Assembly: GCA_002269645.1 (NCBI GenBank)
Contig: NIVC01000393.1
Location: 310,001-374,000 of the forward strand
Source of the DNA: Macrostomum lignano
Lineage: Eukaryota
Direction: 5' to 3'
DNA: 64,000 nt
This document shows positions 50,381 to 62,578 of the stretch, in pieces; the stretch's first letter is position 1, and each line of letters starts with the position of its first letter. The position numbers were made by a program, and so were the translations under genes. A model generated the notes under the pieces. It had not been told where the DNA came from. It did no database searches and saw only the letters and a program-made list of their open reading frames with translations.

Positions 50381-51219
50381 TCACCAGTTCCCAGTCACGT
50401 CGCTGGTCCAGTCCTGATCGGCGGCCCGGGACTGCTGCTGCTCCCGCCTCTCCCGCTTGAAATCGCCGCAGCCGGGTCCGCCGTCCTGCGCCTTGCGCTT
50501 CATCCCTCGGCCAAAACCGCCGCCACCGCCGCCTCTGAAACCGCCGCCGCCGCCGCCGCCAAATCCTCCGACAGCGCCGCCGCGGCCGCGCCAGCCCCCC
50601 TGGGCACCGCCGTTGTTGCTGAACGGCCGATTGTAGAAGCCGCCGCCGCCGCCACCGCCGCGACCTCCGCGGAAGCCGCCGCCGCCGCCGAATCCGGAGG
50701 CGCCGTAGACAGCGCCGCCGACAGCAGCGGCGCCATAACGCGGGGCGCCGCCGCCGCGAAAACTACCAACGGCGGGGGCGCGGGCGCCGCCCCAATAGCC
50801 GCCGCTGAAACCGCCGCCCCAAGCGGAGTTGGCGGCGCCCCAACCGCCGCTCCAGCCGCCGCCGCCGCCCCAGCGACCGCCGCGGCCACCGCTGCGGAAT
50901 GGCGCTGCGCCGACGCCCGACTGTTGTAGAATCCGCCGGCGGCGCCGCCATCAAACGCGGCGGCGCCAACAGCGGGCGCGCCGCCGCCCCATCGATGCGT
51001 GTGATGCTCCATCTTGCGCTGCTCGCGCTTCTGCTTGACTTTGTCGGACACTGGCCGGGCCAGGCTGACCTCAAGCAACCCCTTGCCAAGGCCTTCGTGG
51101 CCATTCAGAGCTTCCATTGCCTTCAGCGCGTGCTCGCGCTCTTCGAAGTGCACAAACGCGTAGTCTTTCATGCGCTTCACTTTTTCCAACGGGCCGTGCG
51201 AGCCGAACGCTTCGCGTAC
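50381..51219 (-). CDS. SYNCRIP: hnRNP R/Q (Syncrip)-like, last exon: end of RRM3 plus RGG/Gly-rich tail, with a 1-nt deletion at about 50918
   Basis: VREAFGSHGPLEKVKRMKDYAFVHFEEREHAL...LEVSLARP. After the shift: GVGAAPFRSGGRGGRW...GFRGGRGGGGGGFYNRP...GRGMKRKAQDGG...DWTSDVTGNW*, stop at 50383-50381. Confidence 0.9.
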
Positions 51220-52001
51220 CTGATGATGAGCCAGATGTGAAATAATTATTGCAGAAGACTGTTTTTACACGTTTTACACGAATCGCAGATGTCATTAAGA
51301 TCTGCTTTGAAGAAAATCATCATCGCCAATTCAGCAGATGCCACCTGAATGGATCGGTGGGGGCTCACACAGCGCTTCTGCGAGCTGCTGGCGAAATGAT
51401 TGAATCCTTCACCATTTCCTTGCATAATCCCAATGCCCGAATGTAGTGTAAACGCTCTCTACATGTGGGTGTCAAGCAGCAATTTAAGTAGGCCGAGAAA
51501 CAGCTGCGGTTCAAAAAGGCTGCTCCACCGACTGCTTGGGGAGAGAAGAAAAGAATAACTTAAAAAAGAGGCTGTTATTCTTCCCAGGCCAGATGGGGAC
51601 AAAGAAATTGGCGCTACCCACATAGAACAATTATGAGGAACAATCAACAGACAAATCGGATGGACCTGTTGAATGAGCAAGAGGCAGCAACAGCTGTGGA
51701 CAACACAGTGTGTGCTGAGTTCAATATACAAGATCCTGGAGGCTTGAGTGGGTCTCAGATTAACATGTTTGGAGCTGACGGGGAGTCGGTAATTATTTGC
51801 CTACTTAGCCAATTAGGTGTGCAAAAACACGCTCCGCTGTTGTTCCTAGGCGCTATTAAAACGAAAAGTATGCATCTTTTCTGCCATCAATTGGTTTAAT
51901 TCTGAATGTCTACAAATCAATAAATATGCAATAAATCGGAGAGGGCGCATTAAACAGAACTGATGTGACTTCTGTTGCAGAAGTGAACTTAAATAGACGG
52001 A

Positions 52002-52297
52002 TAAATAGATAATAGATATTGTAGATAGATAGATAGACAGATAGATAGATAGATATTGTAGATAGATAGATAGACAGATAGATAGATAGATATTGTAGAT
52101 AGATAGATAGACAGATAGATAGATAGATATTGTAGATAGATAGATAGACAGATAGATAGATAGATATTGTAGATAGATAGATAGACAGATAGATAGATAG
52201 ATATTGTAGATAGATAGATAGACAGATAGATAGATAGATATTGTAGATAGATAGATAGACAGATAGATAGATAGATATTGTAGATAGATAGATAGAC

Positions 52298-52348
<51 letters not shown>

Positions 52349-52645
52349 CAGATAGATAGATAGATATTGTAGATAGATAGATAGACAGATAGATAGATAG
52401 ATATTGTAGATAGATAGATAGACAGATAGATAGATAGATATTGTAGATAGATAGATAGACAGATAGATAGATAGATATTGTAGATAGATAGATAGACAGA
52501 TAGATAGATAGATATTGTAGATAGATAGATAGACAGATAGATAGATAGATATTGTAGATAGATAGATAGACAGATAGATAGATAGATATTGTAGATAGAT
52601 AGATAGACAGATAGATAGATAGATATTGTAGATAGATAGATAGAC

Positions 52646-52696
<51 letters not shown>

Positions 52697-53030
52697 CAGA
52701 TAGATAGATAGATATTGTAGATAGATAGATAGACAGATAGATAGATAGATATTGTAGATAGATAGATAGACAGATAGATAGATAGATATTGTAGATAGAT
52801 AGATAGACAGATAGATAGATAGATATTGTAGATAGATAGATAGACAGATAGATAGATAGATATTGTAGATAGATAGATAGACAGATAGATAGATAGATAT
52901 TGTAGATAGATAGATAGACAGATAGATAGATAGATATTGTAGATAGATAGATAGACAGATAGATAGATAGATATTGTAGATAGATAGATAGACAGATAGA
53001 TAGATAGATATTGTAGATAGATAGATAGAC

Positions 53031-53081
<51 letters not shown>

Positions 53082-53415
53082 CAGATAGATAGATAGATAT
53101 TGTAGATAGATAGATAGACAGATAGATAGATAGATATTGTAGATAGATAGATAGACAGATAGATAGATAGATATTGTAGATAGATAGATAGACAGATAGA
53201 TAGATAGATATTGTAGATAGATAGATAGACAGATAGATAGATAGATATTGTAGATAGATAGATAGACAGATAGATAGATAGATATTGTAGATAGATAGAT
53301 AGACAGATAGATAGATAGATATTGTAGATAGATAGATAGACAGATAGATAGATAGATATTGTAGATAGATAGATAGACAGATAGATAGATAGATATTGTA
53401 GATAGATAGATAGAC

Positions 53416-53466
<51 letters not shown>

Positions 53467-53693
53467 CAGATAGATAGATAGATATTGTAGATAGATAGAT
53501 AGACAGATAGATAGATAGATATTGTAGATAGATAGATAGACAGATAGATAGATAGATATTGTAGATAGATAGATAGACAGATAGATAGATAGATATTGTA
53601 GATAGATAGATAGACAGATAGATAGATAGATATTGTAGATAGATAGATAGACAGATAGATAGATAGATATTGTAGATAGATAGATAGACAGAC

Positions 53694-53736
<43 letters not shown>

Positions 53737-53922
53737 CAGATAGATAGATAGATATTGTAGATAGATAGATAGACAGATAGATAGATAGATATTGTAGATA
53801 GATAGATAGACAGATAGATAGATAGATATTGTAGATAGATAGATAGACAGATAGATAGATAGATATTGTAGATAGATAGATAGACAGATAGATAGATAGA
53901 TATTGTAGATAGATAGATAGAC

Positions 53923-53977
<55 letters not shown>

Positions 53978-54052
53978 CAGATAGATAGATAGATATTGTA
54001 GATAGATAGATAGACAGATAGATAGATAGATATTGTAGATAGATAGATAGAC

Positions 54053-54115
<63 letters not shown>

Positions 54116-54264
54116 CAGATAGATAGATAGATATTGTAGATAGATAGATAGACAGATAGATAGATAGATATTGTAGATAGATAGATAGACAGATAGATAG
54201 ATAGATATTGTAGATAGATAGATAGACAGATAGATAGATAGATATTGTAGATAGATAGATAGAC

Positions 54265-54301
<37 letters not shown>

Positions 54302-54469
54302 TTGTAGATAGATAGATAGACAGATAGATAGATAGATATTGTAGATAGATAGATAGACAGATAGATAGATAGATATTGTAGATAGATAGATAGACAGATA
54401 GATAGATAGATATTGTAGATAGATAGATAGACAGATAGATAGATAGATATTGTAGATAGATAGATAGAC

Positions 54470-54520
<51 letters not shown>

Positions 54521-54669
54521 CAGATAGATAGATAGATATTGTAGATAGATAGATAGACAGATAGATAGATAGATATTGTAGATAGATAGATAGACAGATA
54601 GATAGATAGATATTGTAGATAGATAGATAGACAGATAGATAGATAGATATTGTAGATAGATAGATAGAC

Positions 54670-54706
<37 letters not shown>

Positions 54707-54800
54707 TTGTAGATAGATAGATAGACAGATAGATAGATAGATATTGTAGATAGATAGATAGACAGATAGATAGATAGATATTGTAGATAGATAGATAGAC

Positions 54801-54851
<51 letters not shown>

Positions 54852-55004
54852 CAGACAGATAGATAGATAGATATTGTAGATAGATAGATAGACAGATAGA
54901 TAGATAGATATTGTAGATAGATAGATAGACAGATAGATAGATAGATATTGTAGATAGATAGATAGACAGATAGATAGATAGATATTGTAGATAGATAGAT
55001 AGAC

Positions 55005-55047
<43 letters not shown>

Positions 55048-55196
55048 CAGATAGATAGATAGATATTGTAGATAGATAGATAGACAGATAGATAGATAGA
55101 TATTGTAGATAGATAGATAGACAGATAGATAGATAGATATTGTAGATAGATAGATAGACAGATAGATAGATAGATATTGTAGATAGATAGATAGAC

Positions 55197-55247
<51 letters not shown>

Positions 55248-55415
55248 CAGATAGATAGACAGGCAGACAGATAGACAGACAGATGGATGGATAAATGGAT
55301 AAATATATAATAGAAAGATAGATAGTTAGATAGATAGACAGACAGATAGACAGATAGATATAAAGATGGATAGATAATAGATAGATAGGCAGATAGATAG
55401 AAAGATGGATAATAG
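52002..55415. repeat. 3.4-kb (GATA)n-derived array with a 37-bp higher-order unit GATATTGTAGATAGATAGATAGACAGATAGATAGATA
   Basis: Regular recurrence of ATTGTA and GACA variants; lies in a Syncrip-like intron. Confidence 0.96.
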
Positions 55416-55416
55416 A

Positions 55417-55783
55417 TTTTTTTTATTAGAGGCAGGGGGGTTGTGTGCACCCTGTCGCACTTTAAGCGACATAGGCACACAACCGGCGAGAGGCATTACT
55501 GCCCATTCCGCCGACTCCCCTGAGCAGGCACACATGACAAGCGCGCGGATACGTACGCAGGCACACACTCACACAGGAGTGTACAGCGGCCCTAACTTTA
55601 TATTATCGTTAGGCATGTACACTTCACTGCGCCTTGGGGGGTTGGCTCTCAAGGCCGTTAATTGCACGAGCAGAGCCAAGCCGAGATTCCAATTCAGCCC
55701 CAAATTAATGTGATTGCACTTGGAATCGAGCCTGGGTCGCTGGCACACCAGAGCAGCTGCGCCACCGCTGGGCTACGGCCCCC
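55417..55783 (-). mobile_element. tRNA-derived SINE, about 367 bp
   Basis: The minus strand begins GGGGGCCGTAGCCCAGCGG. A box TAGCCCAGCGG at 55775-55765 and B box GGCTCGATTCC at 55732-55722, 32 nt apart. There is a 3' stem-loop (GTTGTGTGC...GCACACAAC) and an AATAAAAAAAA tail. Confidence 0.7.
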
Positions 55784-55838
55784 TCATGGATAGACAGATA
55801 GACAGACAGATGGGCAGACAGGCAGGCCCAATTCTCAC

Positions 55839-56104
55839 CTGATCCTCAGTGACATCAGAGCTCAAGTTCTTCACATAGAGAATCTTCACATCGGACAGGT
55901 TGACCTCTTCATTGTCGTCAATGGGATCGGCCCAGTCCACGTAGATGTCGCTGTTAAAGATGCGGACTCCGCGCCTGCCCAGCTTCTTCTTGGCGTTGGC
56001 GGCGTCAATGTGCGAGTCGAAGTGCAGAAAGCAGAAGCCGCGGTTCTTGCGCTGGGTGTTGAGGTCGTCGGGCGTCGAATAGACGATGACGTCCTTCAGA
56101 TTCT
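55839..56104 (-). CDS. SYNCRIP: hnRNP R/Q-like exon (RRM2 end and RRM3 start)
   Basis: NLKDVIVYSTPDD...KNRGFCFLHFDSH...YVDWADP...VKILYVKNL; phases match the neighbouring exons; donor GTGAGA. Confidence 0.93.
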
Positions 56105-57101
56105 CTACAAGTTTTGTAGAGTTGATCGCCCAAAGGCGGTTCGTGGGAGAGAATTAAATCGAATTTGAGTTCGAATATGCGGAGTTCAAGTATGAATTTA
56201 ATAACTTTGAATACCCAATTCAGCCTTACTACTTAACTAAATATGACTTCCCAAAAACTTTAACATTTGTTTATATCATTGTTTATAAAAAACTTTTTAT
56301 TGGCAATTTTTACAAAGGAAATTATTTGTGTACTTTAGAAGAGAAAATAATATTTGGCAGATCTGTATGAATCTATCAAAAGTTCGAATTCAAATAAATT
56401 TGTTTGAGAGTACACAATGCGTTTAATACCCAGTTGGCCTGAGCGAATTCAGATTTAAACAAAATTATTGCGCAATGAGCGAATTTGCCTACTTACAAAT
56501 TGACAGTCAAGTAGTAAGGAGTCAATTTTATGCTTATTTATATATAAACCAACAGGTGAGTACGGATATAGGAAAAGTGAAATTGCATACGATGGGGCAC
56601 AGACGCTACAAACCTTGGCGTGTGCTTACAAAAATGCTGAATGAATAATAAATGCAAAAATTCATTAAAAAACTTCTCAATAAGCGAGCACACGGACAGG
56701 CAGTGGACAGCACCACACTTATCAAACTTCAGCATAGTTTATTAAGGCCGTTTACTATGTATTTAAAATACTAATGTTGCTATTAGTAGTAGTAATAGAA
56801 CATAAGATTTTAGGCCCAAATTCTGTACTACAATAATTGACAGCAATATATTTCCAAGCAATTTGGCAAATCAAGCAAATTTTAAAGTTAATAAATTGAA
56901 TATTTTGACAAAACTTGAAAAAGCAAACAGCAATTTGAAGTTAAAATTGAGTAAGCAAAAGTGCTTTTTCCAACCCCCTTCACTCACCCATTTTAATTGA
57001 AAACAAAAATGAGCAAAATTTTGCTTCTATAATTTCCTGAACCACCCGAATTCTTATATTACTAATAGTAGTTAAAACAATAGATTTGAACAATTTTGTA
57101 C

Positions 57102-57237
57102 CTGTCAATTTGGAGAATTCCTCCATAATTTCGTCTCTACTCTTCGTTTTCGGTATATTCCCAACGAATAGGCGCAGGTTAGGAGTGGAAACGTTCACCT
57201 TGATTTTCTTCCCGGGACGAATTTCATAGTCGTTGAG
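57102..57237 (-). CDS. SYNCRIP: hnRNP R/Q-like exon (RRM1 end and RRM2 start)
   Basis: LNDYEIRPGKKIKVNVSTPNLRLFVGNIPKTKSRDEIMEEFSKLT; acceptor TTTTATAG|, donor G|GTACAA. Confidence 0.93.
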
Positions 57238-58039
57238 CTATAAAAATGAGAATTGCGATTTTCAATTGTCTTAATTAGCAATTTTGATAAATAATTTTCC
57301 AGCTCAATTTTATCTAACATGTTACTCGGCCTGTCGCACAAACAATGCTAGTTTTGAGTAAACCAATCCCTCACACAGTCAGACGGCACAATCGCATCAA
57401 TCTGTTGCATCTATCAATCATTCATTAATACGAGCATAATATGCAAAATTAAAAAAACACAACTGCTTGAAACGGAAATGAACAATTACCAAAACATCGT
57501 TTGATTCGGTTTTTAAACTCTGCATCTCTAGTCAGTGCGAGTTCGCATCAAAATCTAATACGCTATGCTTTTGCTTTTGCATTTACTTTTGTCAGTCCTG
57601 TTGCCAACTAAGCCGATCAGTTGTAGTTGCCGGTCACTTTCTCACAGACTAAAAGCCAAGCCAAGCTGTAGACAAAAAATGCGAGTCCTTACCTATGAAA
57701 TAAAACTAGCAAAATCAAGGTAATTTTAGGTGAACGGCAGGAGTATCCTTGACTGTGTTATTCATTCTACATGACTCGTCATCTAATTAGTGCTACATCT
57801 GTATTTTGACACTCGACTTGACAATAAAATCTTGTGGTATTCTTACCTTATAAACGTACGCCCACCATGCTATACTGACTTCTGAACTGCACTGACAGAT
57901 CATATAGAAATCTAGATTTAGATTTTCTAGATTTCTATAGACAGACATTTAAAACCAGCAATAGTTTATTTGTATGTAGGCAGTAAATGAGTACTTATAA
58001 GTACGCTCCAGAATTTCTGCTACTCATAGTAGTACTCAC

Positions 58040-59097
58040 CGTGTCAACAGCAGCTTTAGCCGAGTCCTTATCAACGTAGCGAACAAACGCGTAGCCGCGG
58101 TTAAATCCCGTATTTGGATCCACCATGATGCGCATCTCGTAGATGCTGCCAGACTGCTCACAAAGAGGCACGAGCTCGTCCTCGTACAGATCCTTTGGCA
58201 GCTTGCCAAGGAACACCTCGGATTGGTGCGTTGGCGGCTCGCCGTCCCAGTTCGATGGCGGCCCGTAGTGCCGCTGGCCGCTGGTGACCTCGTGATGAAA
58301 GCCGGTCCGCTCTAGAAGAGCCTTGATGGTGGCCTCGTTCGGCCCGTGGCTCGGCTGCGCGTGGCCGCCAGTCTTGGCCTCGTGCCAGACTCGCAGAATC
58401 GAGACCAGGTGGGCGCTCCGGTCTTTAATCTCGGACAAGTCGGTCTCGCTGAACTCTTTCACCGCGCTATTGATCTGATCCTCCGGGAAGTCTTTCAGAC
58501 AGGCCAGCGCTTCTTGGCTGAGATCGCGATAGCCGATGGCGCCTGTGGCAAACAGATTCTGCACCTCAGTAGCCACAGCCTCGCTAATTCCCTGCTTCAT
58601 CAGCCTAGTGAAGTCGTCAATCGATTCGTCGAATTCTTCTTCAGCCGGAGCAGCTGCAGCTTCGGGGGCATCGGTTGGGGCGGCAGCAGCGGTTTCTTCA
58701 GTAGGCGCAGCGGCAGGTTCTTCAGCAACTGTAGATGCGGCAGTTTCCACTGGTGCTGCCGGATGAATGTTCTCGGTCACTACAGCGGGAGCTTTCTGAG
58801 CTTCCGGTTCAGGTACAGGTTGTGCCACCGGTTCAGGTTCAGCAGCCTGCTCGGGAGCTGGTTGCTCAGGAGCTGCAGGCTGCTCAGGAGCTGGTTGCTC
58901 AGGAGCTGGTTGCTCATGCTCAGGAGCCGGCTGCTTGGGCACTGTGCTAGCCTCCTCTGCAGCCTCTGCAGGCTGCTGCTGCTGCTGCTGCTGCTCAACC
59001 GCATCCCCCTGCTGCTGGCTGGTGGACAATTCCTGGCTGCTGGAGTCGGTGACTTCCTGGCTTTCGTCCGCACCAGCTGACGCTGTCGAGTTGTCAG
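58040..59097 (-). CDS. SYNCRIP: hnRNP R/Q-like exon: P/A/E-rich extension, acidic domain and RRM1 (start codon on an unlocated upstream exon)
   Basis: GPNEATIKALLERTG...VTSGQRHYGPP...EVFLGKLPKDLYEDELVPL...NRGYAFVRY. Acceptor CCTACTAG| at 59098 (phase 1, giving (M)ADNST...); donor GTGAGT at 58039. Confidence 0.92.
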
Positions 59098-60056
59098 CTA
59101 GTAGGAAAGGTTTATAAAAAAGTAAAATCGTGTTACAAACAATGTATAGACAATTATAATGAATACATAATTAAATATTTTAACAGCTAAAGCCGAATGG
59201 TGATTTTTTAACAATAAGCCAACAATGATTGACTAAGTTGTTGTTAGGTTCTTCGGTTACTTCCTAATTTCTAATCTCATTATATCCTAGCATTGACTAC
59301 AAGAAGTATTTGTTAAGATATTCTATCTAATTCAATGTATTCAGATTGCAAAGGATTTAAATTATTATAGTATCTTTATTTATTTATGAAACAAAATTCA
59401 CTTGCACTCGTAGCCACTACAAGTCATGTATAAAACACCCTCTGGTGTCACTTTGAACAGAATGATGTATCATTTGTTGGGCTTCATTTAATGAGCATAA
59501 GATGATAGGCCTTTGTTAAAATCTGTTAAATATTTATTAGCTTTGAATAAAAATGTAAAAATCCCGATCAAGTCAGCTCAGGATAATTAATACTGCTTAA
59601 TGCAATGATATACATATATTCTACTAGTAATAGCGAATCGTTTTCATGGAGAAATTATAGTCAAAACTTGAAGGACATACATAATGTTCCTTTATATACC
59701 CCAGGAGCCCATGCTTAAAATCATGTCATTTGCTTCAAAAATTTCTGGCGCATATTCATAAAAGCTTGCATAAAGCTCCTTGGCAAACAGATTTTAAAAA
59801 AAGTATTGTGGCACATATATGCCTAAACTACATATAGAGCAGGCACTATATAGTGCATATATACTTTTTACTTAAAAAAGGCTACCCTTATGCCACTATA
59901 GTTTGAACAAGCACAAGAAATCATATTTGCAAAAATTCTTGCTTTTTAAATAATTTAATAAGAAAATGTATAATGTGAAGTATAGAAATATATAAATATA
60001 TAAAGGACCAAAGTAAGAAAGAGGGCATGTACACAAAAAAATTTCCAGGGTATACT

Positions 60057-60217
60057 TGTTATGTTATGATAGACTCATAGATCCATTCTCTGTCTGTTTG
60101 ATTTATGTCTATGGACACGACTAATAAACGAGTGTTAAAGAGCACTTATAACTACACAGCTGCTCTATATCCATACAAGCATCTGGAAACATAAGACTTC
60201 TGTGTCGCAACACAACA
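60057..60217 (+). repeat. 5' LTR of the Gypsy element (about 161 bp)
   Basis: TGTTATGTT...AACACAACA imperfect terminal inverted repeat; AATAAA at about 60124; ends immediately before the PBS. Confidence 0.7.
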
Positions 60218-60231
60218 TGGTGTCAGAGGTG
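60218..60231 (+). other. Primer-binding site, tRNA-Leu-like (TGGTGTCAGAGGTG)
   Basis: Follows the LTR-terminal CA; near-complement of the 3' end of a tRNA-Leu (…CACTTCTGACACCA). Confidence 0.75.
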
Positions 60232-60298
60232 CACTTGTGAAGAGCTCTAGATTTGAATTGTCAAACGCAGTACTGTGTTCAACTGGATCTGGATTCAA

Positions 60299-62578
60299 AT
60301 GGATGGCGGGCTCAAACCCCCAAAGCCATTCTGCTTTGATGAGCACAAGGCGGAAAACTGGAGTAAATGGATTTCTGCGTTCGAGCTTTATATGACTGCA
60401 ACCAAGTGTGACAAATCACCGGCTAAAGTGCAAATAGTGACACTGCTAACAGCCATTGGAGAAGAAGGTTGTGAGATTTATTCAACTTTCGAGAAATCGG
60501 AAAGAGACGAAGAGCTGTCAAAAGTGACGAAACTGTTTGAAGAATATTGCAAGCCGAGTGCAAACGAAACTTTCGAGCGCTACAAATTTTGGCAATGCAG
60601 GCAGAATGAGCATGAGAGCATTGACTCATTTGTCAGCGGCCTGAAACAACTTATCAAGACATGCTCATTCGAGAAGCCAGCCTACGAATTGACAATGAAC
60701 GAATCAATAATCAGAGATCAGATTGTCCTCGGAATCAGAGACACAGAGTTGCGAGAACGGCTTCTACGTGAGCAGGAGTTGACGCTAGATAAGGCTATAT
60801 CTATCTGCCGTGCAAGTGAATCATCAAAGACCCAAGTGCGGATCATGACGGGAAACACCTCCGGAGAGATTTCGAAATACATCCAGAGAGAAGTCAATTC
60901 TGTTGTGAAGCCTCGCTCAACAGGCAGACCAGATCTCAAGTACAAGGAGAGACGACCGAACAAAAGGTTTGGGTCCAATGGAAAGCCGATGGTAGGAAAG
61001 TCGGAGGGTTGCTCATTCTGTGGTAAGAAACACAAGAAAGGTTCATGCCCTGCATATGGCAAGACGTGCAAATCTTGCGGAAAGCAAAACCACTTCAGCA
61101 ACGTTTGTCGGAATAAGACCATAAGAGCCTTGGATCAAAATACAAATGAAAGCTCAGAATCTGATTGTCAAGATTCGTGGGTCATGTCAGCATCTCTGCA
61201 ACCGGGTGGCAACGACAGAGACAGTAGAACAACTGTTGGTATCAAAATCGAAGGTCAGCTGGTGAATTGCAAATGCGACACAGGAGCGGACGCAAATGTA
61301 CTCCCTAAACATCTGCTTAGGCGGATTGCACCAAACACGTCGATACAAGCAACGTCTTGCAGACTCTTTTGCTATAAAAGGTCGCGCCTAACAGTCGCAG
61401 GGAAGGTACAATTGAAACTGGAATATGAAGGAGTCAAGCATGAAAATGAATTTATTGTGATTAAAGAGAGGCTCATTCCACTCATCGGATGGAAAACTGC
61501 AGAAGAGATAGGCCTGGTGAAATTCAACTTCGGAGTTTCTGTTCAACCTGAAGGGTTTAAGTCCACGTGGACAGATGAAAGATTTCTTCGAGAGTATCCC
61601 GATGTCTTTGAAGGAACAGGTTGCTTACCTGGGAGTTATCACATCAGCCTGCACGATGACAAAGAATCTTGGATGGATCGCCCTCAAAGAATCCCGTTTG
61701 CAGCAATGCAACCTTTGAAGGCTGAATTAGATCGCCTGGTTTTGGATGGACTCATCACCAAGTGTGATGAGCCCACGAAGTACGTTTCAAATGTGGTCGT
61801 CGTCTGGAAGGCAGACAAGACTATACATCTTTGCCTAGACCCTCAGCATCTGAATGCCAACATAATGAGAGAGCAGTATCAGATACTGTCTTATGACGAA
61901 ATTATTGCAGAAATCGGAAACGCTGCTCTGTTCTCAACTTTTGATGCGACTGCGAGTTTTCACCAGATTGCATTGGATTATGAAAGTTTGTTGATGACGT
62001 GCTTTCACACACCTTTTGGACGATATCGTTGGCTGAGAATGCCCTATGGAATTTGTTCCGCATCGGAAGTCTACCAGAAGCAAGTTCGGGAGGAGATCTC
62101 GGACAAGATCAGAAACTGCAACAATTTTATTGACGACTTCATTGTTTGGGGCAAGACTGTTGAAGAACACGATGAAGCTGTGAAGCAGCTTATGGAAATG
62201 TGCCATGCGAAGAATTTGCGCCTGAATTATAAAAAGCGGAAAGTCAGATTGAAGGAGTTGAAATTCCTTGGCAACATACTTTCGCACACCGGAATTAAAG
62301 TCGACCCAGACAAAGTAAAAGCAATGCGCGATATGTCCCGACCAGATACTCTATCCGGCAATGAGAGAAAGCAGCAACTTATGCGATTTCTAGGATGTGC
62401 AAATTTTTTGTCCAAATTCATTTCAGATCTGTCATCTAAGGCAGCACTGCTATGCACATTGCTGACAAAGAATGCTCAGTGGAACTGGACAAATGAACAC
62501 GAAAAAGCGTACGAATCAATTTTGCAGAGTCTTTGCGACACACCAGTCTTAGCTCGCTATAACCCGAATGCACACTTA
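60299..62578 (+). CDS. Uninterrupted gag-protease-RT part of the Gypsy polyprotein
   Basis: Part of the ORF 60275..62665; homology shifts frame at about 62579. Confidence 0.9.

Noticed and set aside
51989-55480. 1163-aa ORF (YLSI repeats)
   Set aside because: Translation of the (TATC)n array, which lacks stops in one frame; intronic and not protein-like.
59080-59100. Idea that a flatworm spliced-leader terminal AUG supplies the Syncrip start codon
   Set aside because: All nearby acceptors are phase 1, so an SL AUG would be out of frame. The same holds for the acceptors before the ADAR ATG.
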